Source: Lama guanicoe (Eukaryota). From it: a stretch of DNA of 41,307 nt. The first letter of the stretch is position 1. Every line of letters begins with the position of its first letter. The stretch covers positions 620,001 to 661,307 of the forward strand of contig MU054120.1 of the NCBI GenBank assembly GCA_013239625.1, read 5' to 3'. Under the pieces are notes generated by a model that saw nothing but the letters and a program-made list of their open reading frames with translations, was not told where the DNA came from and did no database searches. Made by a program: the position numbers and the translations under genes. Below are positions 11,016 through 22,789 of this stretch, piece after piece.

Positions 11016-13029
11016 TAAAGGGCTTAATTTTTAATCAGGACATGTTTTCAATCAATGAGGAATAAACCCTGGCATGTACTTGAGCACCAGCCTTTGTGAT
11101 AGAATTAATAAAGAGCTTGGCATACCAAGAAGTAAGAAAATCAATATGGGTTGAAATAGTTGACCTCAGCATGACTTTAAGAGAGGGTGAAAACGAACCA
11201 AGTGCTGATCTCGACGACATATGCATAAATGTTATATAACAGTGTCTGTAAAAATAGGGTCAAATGGACACATTGTCATTTTGATTTAGAACTATGCAAC
11301 TGTCAATAATAGATCCCACTATATGGAGGCATTAAATAAAATATTAGAACAAAGCCAGGGTCAAGATTAAGAGGCAGATTTAATTTTGTCTTGTCATTTG
11401 GAGAAAGATACCTTTTTAACAATAGCGTCAGGGTTAATACCATTATCCGTATAGCAAAACTAGGAACGATTAAAGTTATTTTAAAAGAAACTTCTTTCCT
11501 GTTGAAATTACTGAGGAGAATAAAATTTCTAGCAACATTCTTCTTCCTCACTTTTCTACCATTTTATTTGTGGTTTATAAACAGAATGATTGTTTGATGT
11601 AATCATTTTATAATGTGACATTTCTTTATCTTACCTAACTGTCTTTACACAGGATATAAAGAAGCTGAATATTACAAAAGCTTTTACAACCATAACAGCA
11701 ACAATCATGGGTTTTAGAATTGCTGGAAAGTGTATCAAAATTAACCAGGAGAATACAGTAGAAAGATTCAATAAATTGAAACAGTAATGAGAGAACTACA
11801 TGGAAACTCCAGCAGGAGTTGTTTATCTAGCCTCAAACCTAATAAATCATATTAATTAAAAAGAGAGAGATTCCATTTTTTATCGATAACATTCTCCGAT
11901 TTTTCTGGTGCCACCTACGTTAGTCCACTTGTCACGTGTGGAGTCTTTAAGGAGGAATAAATGGAGAAAACAGCATAAAAAGGTAGAAAAAAACAGGTAG
12001 GGCCAATCCTAATCACATAGGGTTACTAACAATTCCATAAATCATCTGATCCAACATGACCTCATGCTGTTTGCAGCAGAAATATTGCTCTCATTTGCAT
12101 TTTAAAAATCTCCTTCTCTTAGAAGTTGTGAGGGAAAGATGAGTTCAGCTAAGTTCATTATCCCCTCCCCTGCACGTGAGCTTCAGTGAAGGGAGGCACG
12201 TGCGAAATACGTTCTTAGTATGATGTGCTCCTTTGGCCCTTCCACACAGGACAACTGATCTCAGACCATTCCATTTTTTAACATAAAATCACATTCCATG
12301 AGCATGGACCCACTGCCATAAAATCAGAACGCCTGCACTCCTTCCAGCACACACTTCTAACTGACCTTTTCCAAGTCCACGGCTTCAGCACCGGGCAAGA
12401 AATACAAGACAATCGCGATTTTCTCTGAATCTCTGGCATGTGTAGTTTATTTGGAGTAAGTAAAATGCAAAGTTATCCAAAGCTTCACTGAGCATGCTAA
12501 ATTTGGTTTGCCTCTTAGACTTTCAGGAAAATTATAAGCTCACCAAACCTTTCCCCTGCAATTCAGACATCTTTCCAAAAGATTGTATGCTATGTTGTTT
12601 GAATGATGTTTCCTGCATGAAAATCTTTCTTACTGGACGTATAATTGTGAATTTCCCATTCCTTAATTTTAAAATTTTTTCATGAGTTATTTAAACATAA
12701 GTAGTATTACAAACTTGACACTTGAAGGTGACATGCAGGCAGAGAACTTGAAAGGGAAAAAAAAAACACCCCATTATTTAAATGGATCTGCATGAATATT
12801 TAAATAACGGGAATCCTGATTTCCACCCCCCTTCTTTTTTTTTTTTTATTTTTTGGTCTTAGAGAGATACAGTTTTAAGTCATTATCAGGTTTTTGTTTC
12901 TTTTTCAGATGTTATCTCAGAACACACGCCTGTTCAGCTGACACAGGTTTCACCATGTGAGTCTTAAAGCAAGCACACCTGTGCCCAAAGGTCCTTGTAA
13001 GTATGACTTTATCCTTCTTTTCCCCCTCA

Positions 13030-13560
13030 GTGTCAAATTATTAAAAAATAGGTCTAACTCCCAGTCCTCAATTTTTCACTTTTCAATTCCCCGTCAATCT
13101 AATGCAGTCTGGTGTGCCCTCCACCATCCTAATGAAGTGATTTTTCTAAGGATACCAGTGACTTCCATATTGCCAAGACCAATGGATATATTTTTGTTTT
13201 GCCTTAAGCGATCCTCCTTCAACCCTTAAACTATTGACACTACCTCTTAGAAAATTTCTTCTTTCCTGACATCAGGCATAACTTTCCTTCCTGGCTCTCC
13301 GTGAAAGTCTCTTAATTTCTTCATTCATGTTTATTGCCAATTCTTTTGAATGCTATTGAAGATCAGGTTCTCTTTTCCTGGCTTCTCTGCTACATCTCCT
13401 CCTTAAATATTGAAGCCCTGCATGTGTTTGCTTTTCTCAGTTCACACACTTACCTAGGTGGTTTCATCCACACCCACTGCTAATGATGCAGAAATCTGTA
13501 TCTCCACCAGGCCTTACTTCTATTATTCTCAACTGCTCACAAAACATCTCTGGGCCGGTG
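13030..13560 (+). mobile_element. L2 LINE fragment
   Basis: ATGCAGTCTGG...CCACCA...AAGGATACCAGTGACTTCCATATTGCCAAGACCAATGG and AAATCTGTATCTCCA match L2 ORF2-region motifs. Confidence 0.7.
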
Positions 13561-13634
13561 CTCAGAAGACACCATACACTGATTTGCCATCAGTTGTAAA
13601 AGTCAAATGTTTCAAATATTTCTTCTGGCCTACA

Positions 13635-14271
13635 CCATGCTAAACAGTATACTTCATTGTGATTTTTATTCGCATTTCCCTAATAGTTAGTGATGCTGAG
13701 CACTTTCTCAAATACTTGTTTGAATGATGTTTCCTGCATGAAAATATTTCTTTGCAAAATGTCTATGCAAAAAAAAAAATGTCTATCCAGGTCCTCTGTC
13801 CATTTTTAAAATCAGGTTATTTGATTTTTTGCTATTGAGTTGTATGAGTTCCTTATATAATTTGGATATTAATCCCTCACCAAATGCACGACTTACAAAT
13901 GTTTTCTCTTATTCTGTAGGTTGCTTTTTCCTTTTGCTGACTGTGTCCTTTGCTGTGCAGAAATGTTTTAGCTTAATGTAGTCTGATTTGTTTATTTTTG
14001 CTTTGGTTTCCTGTACTTTTCTTTTTTTTTTTTTTAAATTGAGTTAAGTCAGTTTATTGTGCTTTTTGTGTCACATCTAGAATATCATTGTCAAGACCAA
14101 TGTCAAGAGACTTTTTCCCTATGTTTTCTTTGAGGAGAGTTACATGGTTGTAAGTCTTACATTCAAGTCTTTAATCCATTTGAGTTACTTTTTCTGTATG
14201 GAATAAAATAAGAGCCCAATTTCATTCTTTTACATGAGGATATTGTTCCCTCAAGACCACTGATTGAAGAG
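13635..14271 (-). mobile_element. Older L1 ORF2 3' fragment, reverse orientation
   Basis: GCATTTCCCTAATAGTTAGTGATGCTGAGCA, GCTATTGAGTTGTATGAGTTCCTTATATA, CCTTTGCTGTGCAGAA, TTCAAGTCTTTAATCCATTTGAGTT are antisense L1 ORF2 landmarks. Confidence 0.9.
14021..14057 (-). mobile_element. Ultra-short L1 3'-terminal insertion nested in L1
   Basis: Reverse complement is ATAAACTGACTTAACTCAATTT plus poly-A, like the L1 terminus at 14454-14479; flanked by TGTACTTTT (14012-14020) / TGTGCTTTT (14058-14066). Confidence 0.7.
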
Positions 14272-14490
14272 GATTAGTAGATACACACTCCTATATAGAA
14301 AATAGATGAACACCAAGGACCTACCGTATAGCACAGGGAACTAGATTCAATTTCTTATAATGAGCTATAATGGAAAAGAACCTAAAAAAACATATATTTA
14401 TGTATGTATATGTATAACTGAATCATTTTTCTGTACATATGAAACTAACATTGTAAACTGACTATACTTCAATAAAAAACAAGGATTAAA
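14271..14490 (+). mobile_element. L1 3'UTR end (artiodactyl L1_Art-like)
   Basis: CAAGGACCTACCGTATAGCACAGGGAACT...ATAATGGAAAAGAA...GTATAACTGAATCA...CATTGTAAACTGACTATACTTCAATAAAAAA. Confidence 0.88.
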
Positions 14491-15914
14491 AAATTTTAAA
14501 AACATTTTTTAAAAGATAGCCAAATACTTTGCCAAAGCCACACCTTGTCGCTCTACTGGAAACGACACATTAAATTTCTTTATCTCTGACATGGTTCAGT
14601 TTAATGATGAGGTGAAGAAAAGAAGTTTGTTTACCTTTTCTCAGCCAATCTTTCAGTTCTCCTTTGGGATAGAAGAACCAAATTTATAAGCTAAGAAGAA
14701 AGTTAATCAGTATACCACTGAAACAGCAAGACACATGGGTAAACCTGAACACTTCTGCCGGTCATCTGGGAGTTTCCAAGTATCCAGATGGTTGGTATCA
14801 TGTTAACTAAATATTTGAATTACCAATGGAATTTTTTAATTTGGCAGTTTTGGTATCATCTAGCTTTTTTTTTTTATAACATATCTGTGTTATACCTGGA
14901 TGTTGGCATGGTAGGAAACTAAATTAGTCCATTGTGGAAAAATTCATATTATGATAGGCTTGAAGGAACACGTTACAATTCATTAGATACCAAAATGTTG
15001 GTTAACAAAGTGAAGGTAGTTATGTCAGCTGTGCACAATCTGCAGGCATAACTCTACTAATCATTTCTTAGTAATGATTCTGCTCAAATCATGATTAAGC
15101 AAAACTTTATTCAGTAGGAAATTTTTTAAATTTTTATTTTGAAGGATAATGTAAATTGGAAAGGAAAAAAGCACCTTCAACCTGACACAAGCCAGTGCCA
15201 GCTAACCCAAGGGCACGCGGGGGTCCTATTTTTAATAGGGCTTTTAGTTCTTTTCTCTGCTGCGATGATGTGCTCAGGTGCTTCAAGACTCTCATTGGCA
15301 AGTAGAGGTCCTCCCTTATTGGCAAAAATAGGCACAGTGCCTTGTAATCGCTGACAAGTCTCACTTAAGCATGAAAACCAGCATTTAGGGAGTATATACT
15401 GTGAACACATAGATAATAAAATAGAAATGAAAATAAAACGTGGTGCATTACAGGTCCTAAGTTCTAGCATTTTACCCAAAGCATTTAGGATATTTGGCAT
15501 ATCACCTAAAGCTAATAGACAAAACTCTAAGACAAATAGTTAGACAAGAGTTCCTTTCCGGTCTCATATTTTGCCATTATTTTCCCTCAGTTATTCTTTT
15601 TCGTTGTGGGTGTCCTTAAGAAAGGCCAGGTGTCGTCAAAGGGATGAGTCACGTGACACGAGATGTAGATACATACGTTTCATTAGACAGAACATACTTG
15701 CAAACCCAAACATGAAATGCTGCAGGCTGTGGAGGCCTTAGGTAAGGAACCATTTCAAAGAAACAAAAAAAAAAAAAGAAAAAAGAAAAAAAGGGAAAAA
15801 TAGAGGTTTGTGTATGTGTCAGAGAGAAAGTGAGAGAAATAACCATGAAAACTGAAATTATAATTAAAGTTTTCATAGCTCTAAAAAAGTAATATCTACC
15901 TTTATAGAGAAATT

Positions 15915-16255
15915 GGACGTGTTGGAGAATTCCACGTGACACACAGCGGATGGCTGCCTCAGGCTCACAGCCGGTGAGAAACAAAAGTCCCTCATCTGAC
16001 AGTTTCCACGGAACTGAATGCTGCCAACACCATATGAGTCTAGGAGAAGATCCTTCCTCAGTTTGGCCTTCAGATGAAAACCCTGCCCTGACTGACACCT
16101 TGATTGCACTCTTTGGGGTGCAAGACCCCAAAGAGAGGACCCAGTTAACTCCTGCCCAGACTTTTGACCCACAGAAATTGTGAGACTATAAATGTGTGCT
16201 GTTCTCAGCCACTAAGTGTGTGCAAAGTGTCGCACAGCAATAGATAACTAATAGA
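15915..16255 (+). mobile_element. MaLR LTR 3' part (MLT1E/F-like)
   Basis: GGAACTGAATGCTGCCAACACCATATGAG...CCTTCAGATGA...GACACCTTGATTGCA...GACCCACAGAAATTGTGAGA...AGCAATAGATAACTAATA. Confidence 0.85.
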
Positions 16256-18594
16256 CTCCAAACTCCTATAACATAATGTGCTTTCCCAGCTCCTGAATTT
16301 GTAAGTTTAATCCATATTCAGGAAATATTTTAATAAAACTAATATCAACATCACACAAATAAAATTAAGGTTTTAAAGTCCTTGCCATGCACACAAATGG
16401 GATTTTAGACTACCTTTTAATGTCCAGTTTCTAGAAATAGAGACATCCAAACCTATTTGCTGCTTTCGAAAGTAAAATAGGAATCTGGTAGATGTGATGA
16501 ATAAGAAAGGCTGAGATGGAAAATATTACTTCATTCTGAGTCGTTCTGCAGAAGTTTTGCTGCTCTCAGGTTGTTTTCTACATATAACCACACAGCGCTT
16601 GTTTTTGTAGTCACTACCAAGTCAAATAGAATGCCCACTGACTGAGATGCATTTAAAAGATGATTTTTAAAGACAATACTCAGTGAATAAGAAAATCTTT
16701 TCCTCTGTAGCCTCCAGAAGCAAAAACATCCTTCCTACCTTGCTTCTTTTTCTTCTAAAAATGTATTTCTTTCTTGTAATCGTAAGGTCTGGTTTTAAAG
16801 AAAAGAGCAATTATCTTGGCAGATGAAAGAAAGGGAGAAATCTGCAAGCAATTGCAGGTAAGCAAAGAGAAGTGTTTAGCTGTCCAAACATTTCAGCAGA
16901 GCAAAAATGAGCAGGAGGAGAAAGGAGTGGCTAGTAATCAACTCTTACATGGTGCTTGCATTTCAAATATATTACACAATTGTTAATTGGCAGAGACTCA
17001 ATCCTTAGGAAGCAGTTGCATGTTATGGACGGTTTTACCAAATGCATTAGTGGGACACATTTTGTGGGCTGGTCTAACACAAATATCAACCTAGGATTGA
17101 CTTGGAAATTGAACCTAAGACCAGCAGGCCTTCAGGCATTACACTTGGAAAACCTACCTTGCTTATTTCAAAAAAAAAAATTACTGCAAGAGCCATGTAA
17201 TGATTCTGACTCCATATTTGCAAACATGGAGTCAGGACACTTAGGTGTTATTCTAATCCTAATAGTGCAAGAGAATTGTAGCTAAAGGAAAAGAAGCACT
17301 CCCCGGATCTGTGAAGGGACAACCAGTTCCTGTCCTTTTTAAGGGAGTGAGGATGCCCGGAATAGTTAAAATAACTAGTGCAACAGTTAGTTAGCTCAGT
17401 TAACTCATTCTCCCCATGCTCAGCTGTCATATTACCTAAAAGAAATAATTTCATAATTGGTGTCAAGGATTTTAAGAAGGTTTTAAAGGTTTTTTTTAAA
17501 CCATCATTGTTTACTTTCAAATATAGAAAAATTATTGCAGTGCCTAAAACTCCACTCTAACTACAAATAAAGATAAAAGTTTGACAATGTTATGACATAT
17601 CACACTAGCTTTCATTTAAAAATTATTTCCTATTATCTTGAAATAGCCAAAAAAAAAAGGTTTGTACATTCTGCTTAATTTTATTGACATCTAAAGAGAT
17701 AGACTTTTATTTGACAAAGAACAATTTTTCAATTGTCAATCAAGAGTTTATAAATTGGGCTCTGAATATTCATCTCCCTGGAATTTCAACAGTTGTAAGA
17801 AGGAGAAATGAGAGTACATATTCATATTGCAGTTAAAACATAAACATTTCAAAAATACTCAAAGGCATTCTCCCTCCTATTCAACTTTTTAAAAGGGAAG
17901 AATTGAAGCAGTGGAACCATCATCAGTTTAATTAACATAGGAAATGTCTAAGGCAAAATAAGCAACCTGGGACCTAATAAAAACGCCACACCTGAGTGAA
18001 ATGAAAAACAACCCTCAGCTTGCTCTGGCATAATCAGGTGTGGATTTTTCCGAGTATATATTGTGCACAATGAAGCCTTGATTAGGACTGTCTGTAATAC
18101 CTAGCAGAACTTCCAATATTCTCATGGTAGGAAAAGCAAACAAAAGAGCTTCAGGGAAAGTCTGGAATTAAATGAAACTCTAAAATAGGAAGTTAATATG
18201 CCTTCTGTTTTAGAAAAGAGATAGACAGGTATGGTTCATTTGGGAAGAGGGTTGAGCAAAAATGCACATGTGTTCAATACCATGACTGAAATTAAAAAGA
18301 TTACTCTGTATCATCTTTAAAATCAAATGTATGTACTTAGTGGGAACATGCACAAACTAATGATTCCTTTCAGATTGTTTCATCCAAACCCTCCTAAAAT
18401 TAGCCTTGGAGAAGCTATGAGATAGCACTCAAGAAATACTTGCTGATCAATCCATCATATGAGTATGTAAATGAAGTAGCCATCACCTACAGAATCACCA
18501 TTGGTGGCTGTGAAGATTTGCACAACCCCGAACATCTCCTGCACCCAGCCCATCCCCAAGCAAAATGGGGGTCCGTACGCACGTCTGCTTCCTG

Positions 18595-18680
18595 GGGTTG
18601 GAATGATGAACACTTGCATTGATGTGTACAGGGTGTTTAGAACTGTGCCTGAAACAACCTATGCTCAGTGAATGTTCAGA
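18595..18680 (+). mobile_element. MIR SINE 3' fragment
   Basis: GATGTGTACAGGGTGTTTAGAACTGTGCCTGAAACA...TGCTCAGTGAATGTT resembles the MIR 3' end. Confidence 0.55.
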
Positions 18681-19231
18681 ATTTTAGAAGTATGGAAGGA
18701 GAGAGGGAGAAGTCATTAGGTTAGACTTGGGGGTATCAAAAAGCTCCACAAAACAGGATGCATTTGAAATAGGAATAGAATATCCTTAGAAAGGGAAAGA
18801 AGGTGAGGAAATTCTAACCACATTACTCTCCTGCTGTTTAAATCCCTTAATAGCTCCCCAGAGATATACGTGTGTCGTGTGTGTGTGATGTCTGTGTGTG
18901 TGACCTCATACACGTACAAAAACCATAATGCGTACATACCCAACTTTGGCTGAAAGGACCCATCCTGGCCGGGCTGGTTAGATTGTGCTAGTTATGTGTG
19001 CTGGCCTGTCCCTGTCCTCCCTGGCAGTCATCTGACCTCATTTCTGTTCCAAGTGCATCTATTTTTCTCTGTGGTCCTCCGCGCCTCTCTCAGCCTGAGC
19101 CCCTCTTCCCTCTGCTCTTTCCGTGCCGACGCTTTCTCATTATTTCAGGTCTCACCCTCATGCCTCTCAGAAGCCTTAAGGATCTTTCTCGACTGAGTTG
19201 GGTGAGCCTGCTATATACTTCCACAGAACCC

Positions 19232-19855
19232 TGTATTCCTTCTTTTTCTAGTGATAGGAAACCAATTATCACCAAGTGAATAACTTAAAATAACAAGCAG
19301 TCTGAGGTGCCAAAGTCTGAGCCAGCTGGACGGCGTTCTCCGTTTAGAGACTCAAAGGCTGAGTCGAGGTGCTGGCCGGCCTGGCTGGGCCCTTCCCTGG
19401 ACGCTCCGGGGGAGACTCGCCTTCTGAGTTCATTCATGCTGTTGGTGCTTTTGAGACTGAAGCCTGTGGTTCCTTTCTGGCTGTCCACCAGGTACCACTC
19501 TCACCGGCCAGAGGATCCCCGCCTTGCGGTCTCCTTCATCATTAAACCAGCAACAGTGCAGCCTTTCCTCTTCATGCTTTTAAAGGTCTCTGACTTCTGT
19601 TGCCACAGCCAGAGAAAACTCTCTGCTTGTAAAGAGCCTGTGTGATTAGATTGGGCCTACCAGACCCTTTTAATTAACTCCAAACCAACGGATCAGAAAC
19701 CTTAATGAAACATACAAAAATTACTTTCACCATAACATAATCACCAGAAGAATGGCACCATGCTCATAGAGCCCACCCATACCGAAGGGGAGGGGAGGAG
19801 GTTATACAGGGGCTAGGATCACCGAGGGCCATTCTCAGGATTCTGCCGGGCTGCA
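19232..19855 (-). mobile_element. MaLR solo LTR (MLT1E-like)
   Basis: CTCAAAGGCTGAGTCGAGGTGCTGGCCGG, CAGCCAGAGAAAACTCTCTGCTTGTAAAG...TGTGATTAGATTGGGCC and GGGCCATTCTCAGGATTCTGCC match antisense MLT1E. Confidence 0.8.
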
Positions 19856-19944
19856 GACTTCGTGTTCCCCCTTCCATTTCCCGCAGTGCATTGTGGTTGC
19901 TTATCTTTTCCTATTATATTTAGCAGGCGCTTCCTCATTTAGAG

Positions 19945-20132
19945 CTCATTATGCACTAGGCACTGTCTGTCTCACCATTTTGGAACACTGCCCTTATCTC
20001 CATTTTTCAGATGGGGAAAATAGAGGTTAGGTAACCTGAACAAGATCACACAGCTGTGAAACAGGAGGAGAGGGTTTCAAATCCAGGCAGGCTGGCTCTA
20101 GAGTCGAGGCTTGTGGCATTAAACTATGCTCT
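19945..20132 (-). mobile_element. MIR SINE
   Basis: Core TTATCTCCATTTTTCAGATGGGGAAAATAGAGG...AGGTAACCTGAACAAGATCACACAGCT...GGGTTTCAAATCCAGGCAGGCTGGCTCTAGAGTC. Confidence 0.85.
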
Positions 20133-21061
20133 GTGCACAACCAGAGTGTGACCTTCATGGCAGTGTGTCTCTCCTGCTGATCGTACTTCCCATGCTTACT
20201 CAGTCCATGGCACTTCTGCATTTATGGTATAAATCAACATCAAATAAAACTTTTAAGAATTTTTTTTCAAACAATGTTATTTAGCAGCCATGGCTCAATT
20301 TGTGCCATATTAGACAGTGATGTCTCTCATGTACCAGGTGTGACTCCAGACAATGGGGAAGCAGTACTGAGCAAGCCAAATGTACTACCTCCTCTTGGAA
20401 TTTGCCTAGATGTCAAGACATACAGAGAAATATCCAAATACAATATGATGCAGTAAGTGTTATAATAAAATTACGTTTCATTATCAAATGAATTAAAAGA
20501 ATATGTGCTGGAAATGTGATATCTCTCTGCTTTCCTATATTTGAATATTCTGGATCAGATCATATAAAACAGTAATTTGGGAAATGACTTGAATAAAAGT
20601 AAAATCCTAAGAGCTGAAACATTAACTAATCAAGAAATTTAATTTGAAGATCTCCCAGCATCCTATTCTTTTTGTTACACTTTGAAATTAATCATATCCC
20701 CATGGGCAGAAAAGCTAATACAGGGAAGACGAGCAACAGGGATTTGCCCCAATTGCTACTGTTTGTGAATATATTACTTTCCCGAGGTGGCGTTTGAGTG
20801 GAAGCACTTCAAATCACATCAGCACCAAAATTAGTCTTCTTGATTAATGTCATGTTTTATAACAAGCATTTGTAAAGCAGTCAGCCTTTGCCACTGTAAA
20901 ATGGGGCATCTGTTAATGTGTGTTTATATCTGCTCATCAATTAAACTTAATTATCTTTCCCTGTGGTTTTCAACCAAAGAAGATCTACATGTAAATATAT
21001 GGCTTCTTTCTAGATTAGTAAAAATTCTGCATAAAGAGTGAAGGAGAAGGGAGCAAATGAA

Positions 21062-21225
21062 GTTAGCATTTATTAAGCAACTATTATGTCCCAGGTACTT
21101 TTTACTATATTATTCCACTTAAATCTCACAGCAACTGCATGACATTCCTCATGTAATCCCATGTTTACAAATAAAACCCCAAGGCTTGGTGAGATTAAGA
21201 ATTGTTTAAGGTTGTGCAGGTCACA
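21062..21225 (-). mobile_element. MIR SINE
   Basis: AGCATTTATTAAGCAACTATTATGTCCCAGGTACT...AATCTCACAGCAAC...CCCATGTTTACAAATAAAA...AAGGCTTGGTGAGATTAAG. Confidence 0.75.
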
Positions 21226-22150
21226 TCTAGCCCTTTCATACCTGTCCTTAACCACCTGGAGGCACCTAGAAAGAGTATATGTCAATAGATTTTGGAATGA
21301 AAAGCAATTTCCAGTTGCTACTTCCAGAGGGTGTTTTCATTTCCTCCCTTTCGTGGGACTCACAAAGCACTGTATGACGCGGTTCTCCGGCTGGTGCACC
21401 CAGTCCAGAAAAGCAAATGTTCCCACACTTTTCCCTTTCCATATTAGCATGGTCTCAAGCATGCCTCTTCTGTTCTGATGATATTCTGATAACCTCTCAG
21501 CTCCATCTCCACAACCCTCTACTCTTTAGGATTCTAGTTCCAACTGTCTGATAAAAACAGAAAAAAAAAATGAACACATGGTTCAAGTCCAGAGGAATTT
21601 TTTTATCTGAGATTCAGCTGAGGGCCAAACCATATGCCCATTCCTCAAAATTATAAATAAATTGAAGCCATGATCCAAATGGTCCAGTAATCATTAAGGA
21701 TGCAGTTTCACAACCAAAATGTGATTTGAAAACAAGCAAATGTGTGATTGCATTTCTCAAGTAATATGAAAATGATGCTTAGATCACAGAAATGCTTAAT
21801 AATAACCCTCTCCCATCCATTTCCTATAATAACACCAGTGCCTCTCTTCAAATCAATGCAAAATTCCCACTGAAACCTTAGAACGTGCATGCCTTATTTT
21901 TATCGCACTCCCTTTTCTTTTTAAAACCTGCGTGAGAGATGAAAGGGGAAGAATTTTTTCTCACAAATTAACCCTCCAAGGAGGAGATGAAGGGAACAAA
22001 ACTGAAAGCAAAACATGAACCCATTCACTAGGTGGGATAAGGGAAAGTTAGAAATATTCCAATATTTACAGATTTCCAGACTCTGAATATAGACTCACCC
22101 AAAAATCTGAACAATGAAAACATCCAAACAACGAAACTCTTCAAAAAATC

Positions 22151-22720
22151 CTTTACCAGCTTGATTAATATACAGCTCACACACCATCCAGTTCACTCAT
22201 TAGAGTCTGCAAGTCAGTGATTTTAGTATATCCACAGATGTTCAAACACCAGCACAACCTCATTTTCAATGTTTTTCTCATCCCCTGAGGAATCCCAATA
22301 GGCAGTGCACAGAGGATCTTCAGGGCAGTGAAGCTACTCTGTGTGATGGAATAATGGTGGATACGTGTCAGTACACATATGCCTAACCTGCAAAATGCAG
22401 AACGCCAAGAGAGAACCTAATGTAAACCATGGACTTTGGGTGACAATGTATCAACGTAGCGTCATCAATTGTAACAAAGGTACCACTCTAGTGGTGGCGT
22501 GTTGTTAGTGGGGCAGGCTGTGTGGGGCAAGGACTATACAGGACATCTCTGTACTTCCACTAAGTTTTTCTGTGAAGCTAATACTGCTTTAAGAAATACA
22601 TTCTATTAGAACAGAAAAGAGAAGAACGCCTACATCCATCAGCAGAGAAAGTCCCCATCCCCACCACAAATCTACTTTCTCTCTCTCTGTATTCTGCCCT
22701 TCCTGGCAATTTCATATGTG
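22151..22720 (-). mobile_element. L1MB-like 3' end, split by a nested L1MC-like fragment
   Basis: TCAGTGATTTTAGTATATCCACAGA before the insert and CCACAAATCTACTTTCTCTCTCT...ATTTCATAT after it are consecutive parts of the antisense L1MB 3' end. Confidence 0.7.
22298..22620 (+). mobile_element. L1MC1-like 3' end
   Basis: AATAGGCAGTGCACAGAGGATCTTCAGGGCAGTGAAGCTACTCTGTGTGAT...ATGGTGGATAC...AATGTAAACCATGGACTTTGGGTGA...ATTGTAACAAAGGTACCACTCT; possible decayed TSD GAGGAATCCC/GAAGAACGCC. Confidence 0.8.
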
Positions 22721-22789
22721 GTTATTTTAACTAGGTAATTATCACACCAATGTAAGTAATAGAAAATTATTTGCTGAATCAACGGAGTG

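Noticed and set aside
15649..16183. Overlapping ORFs of 160, 99 and 77 aa
   Set aside because: Mostly MLT1 LTR and A-run sequence; no protein similarity recognised.
16490..16542. C/D box snoRNA (GTGATGA ... CTGA)
   Set aside because: Only about 46 nt from C to D box, 3-bp terminal stem, no recognisable guide.
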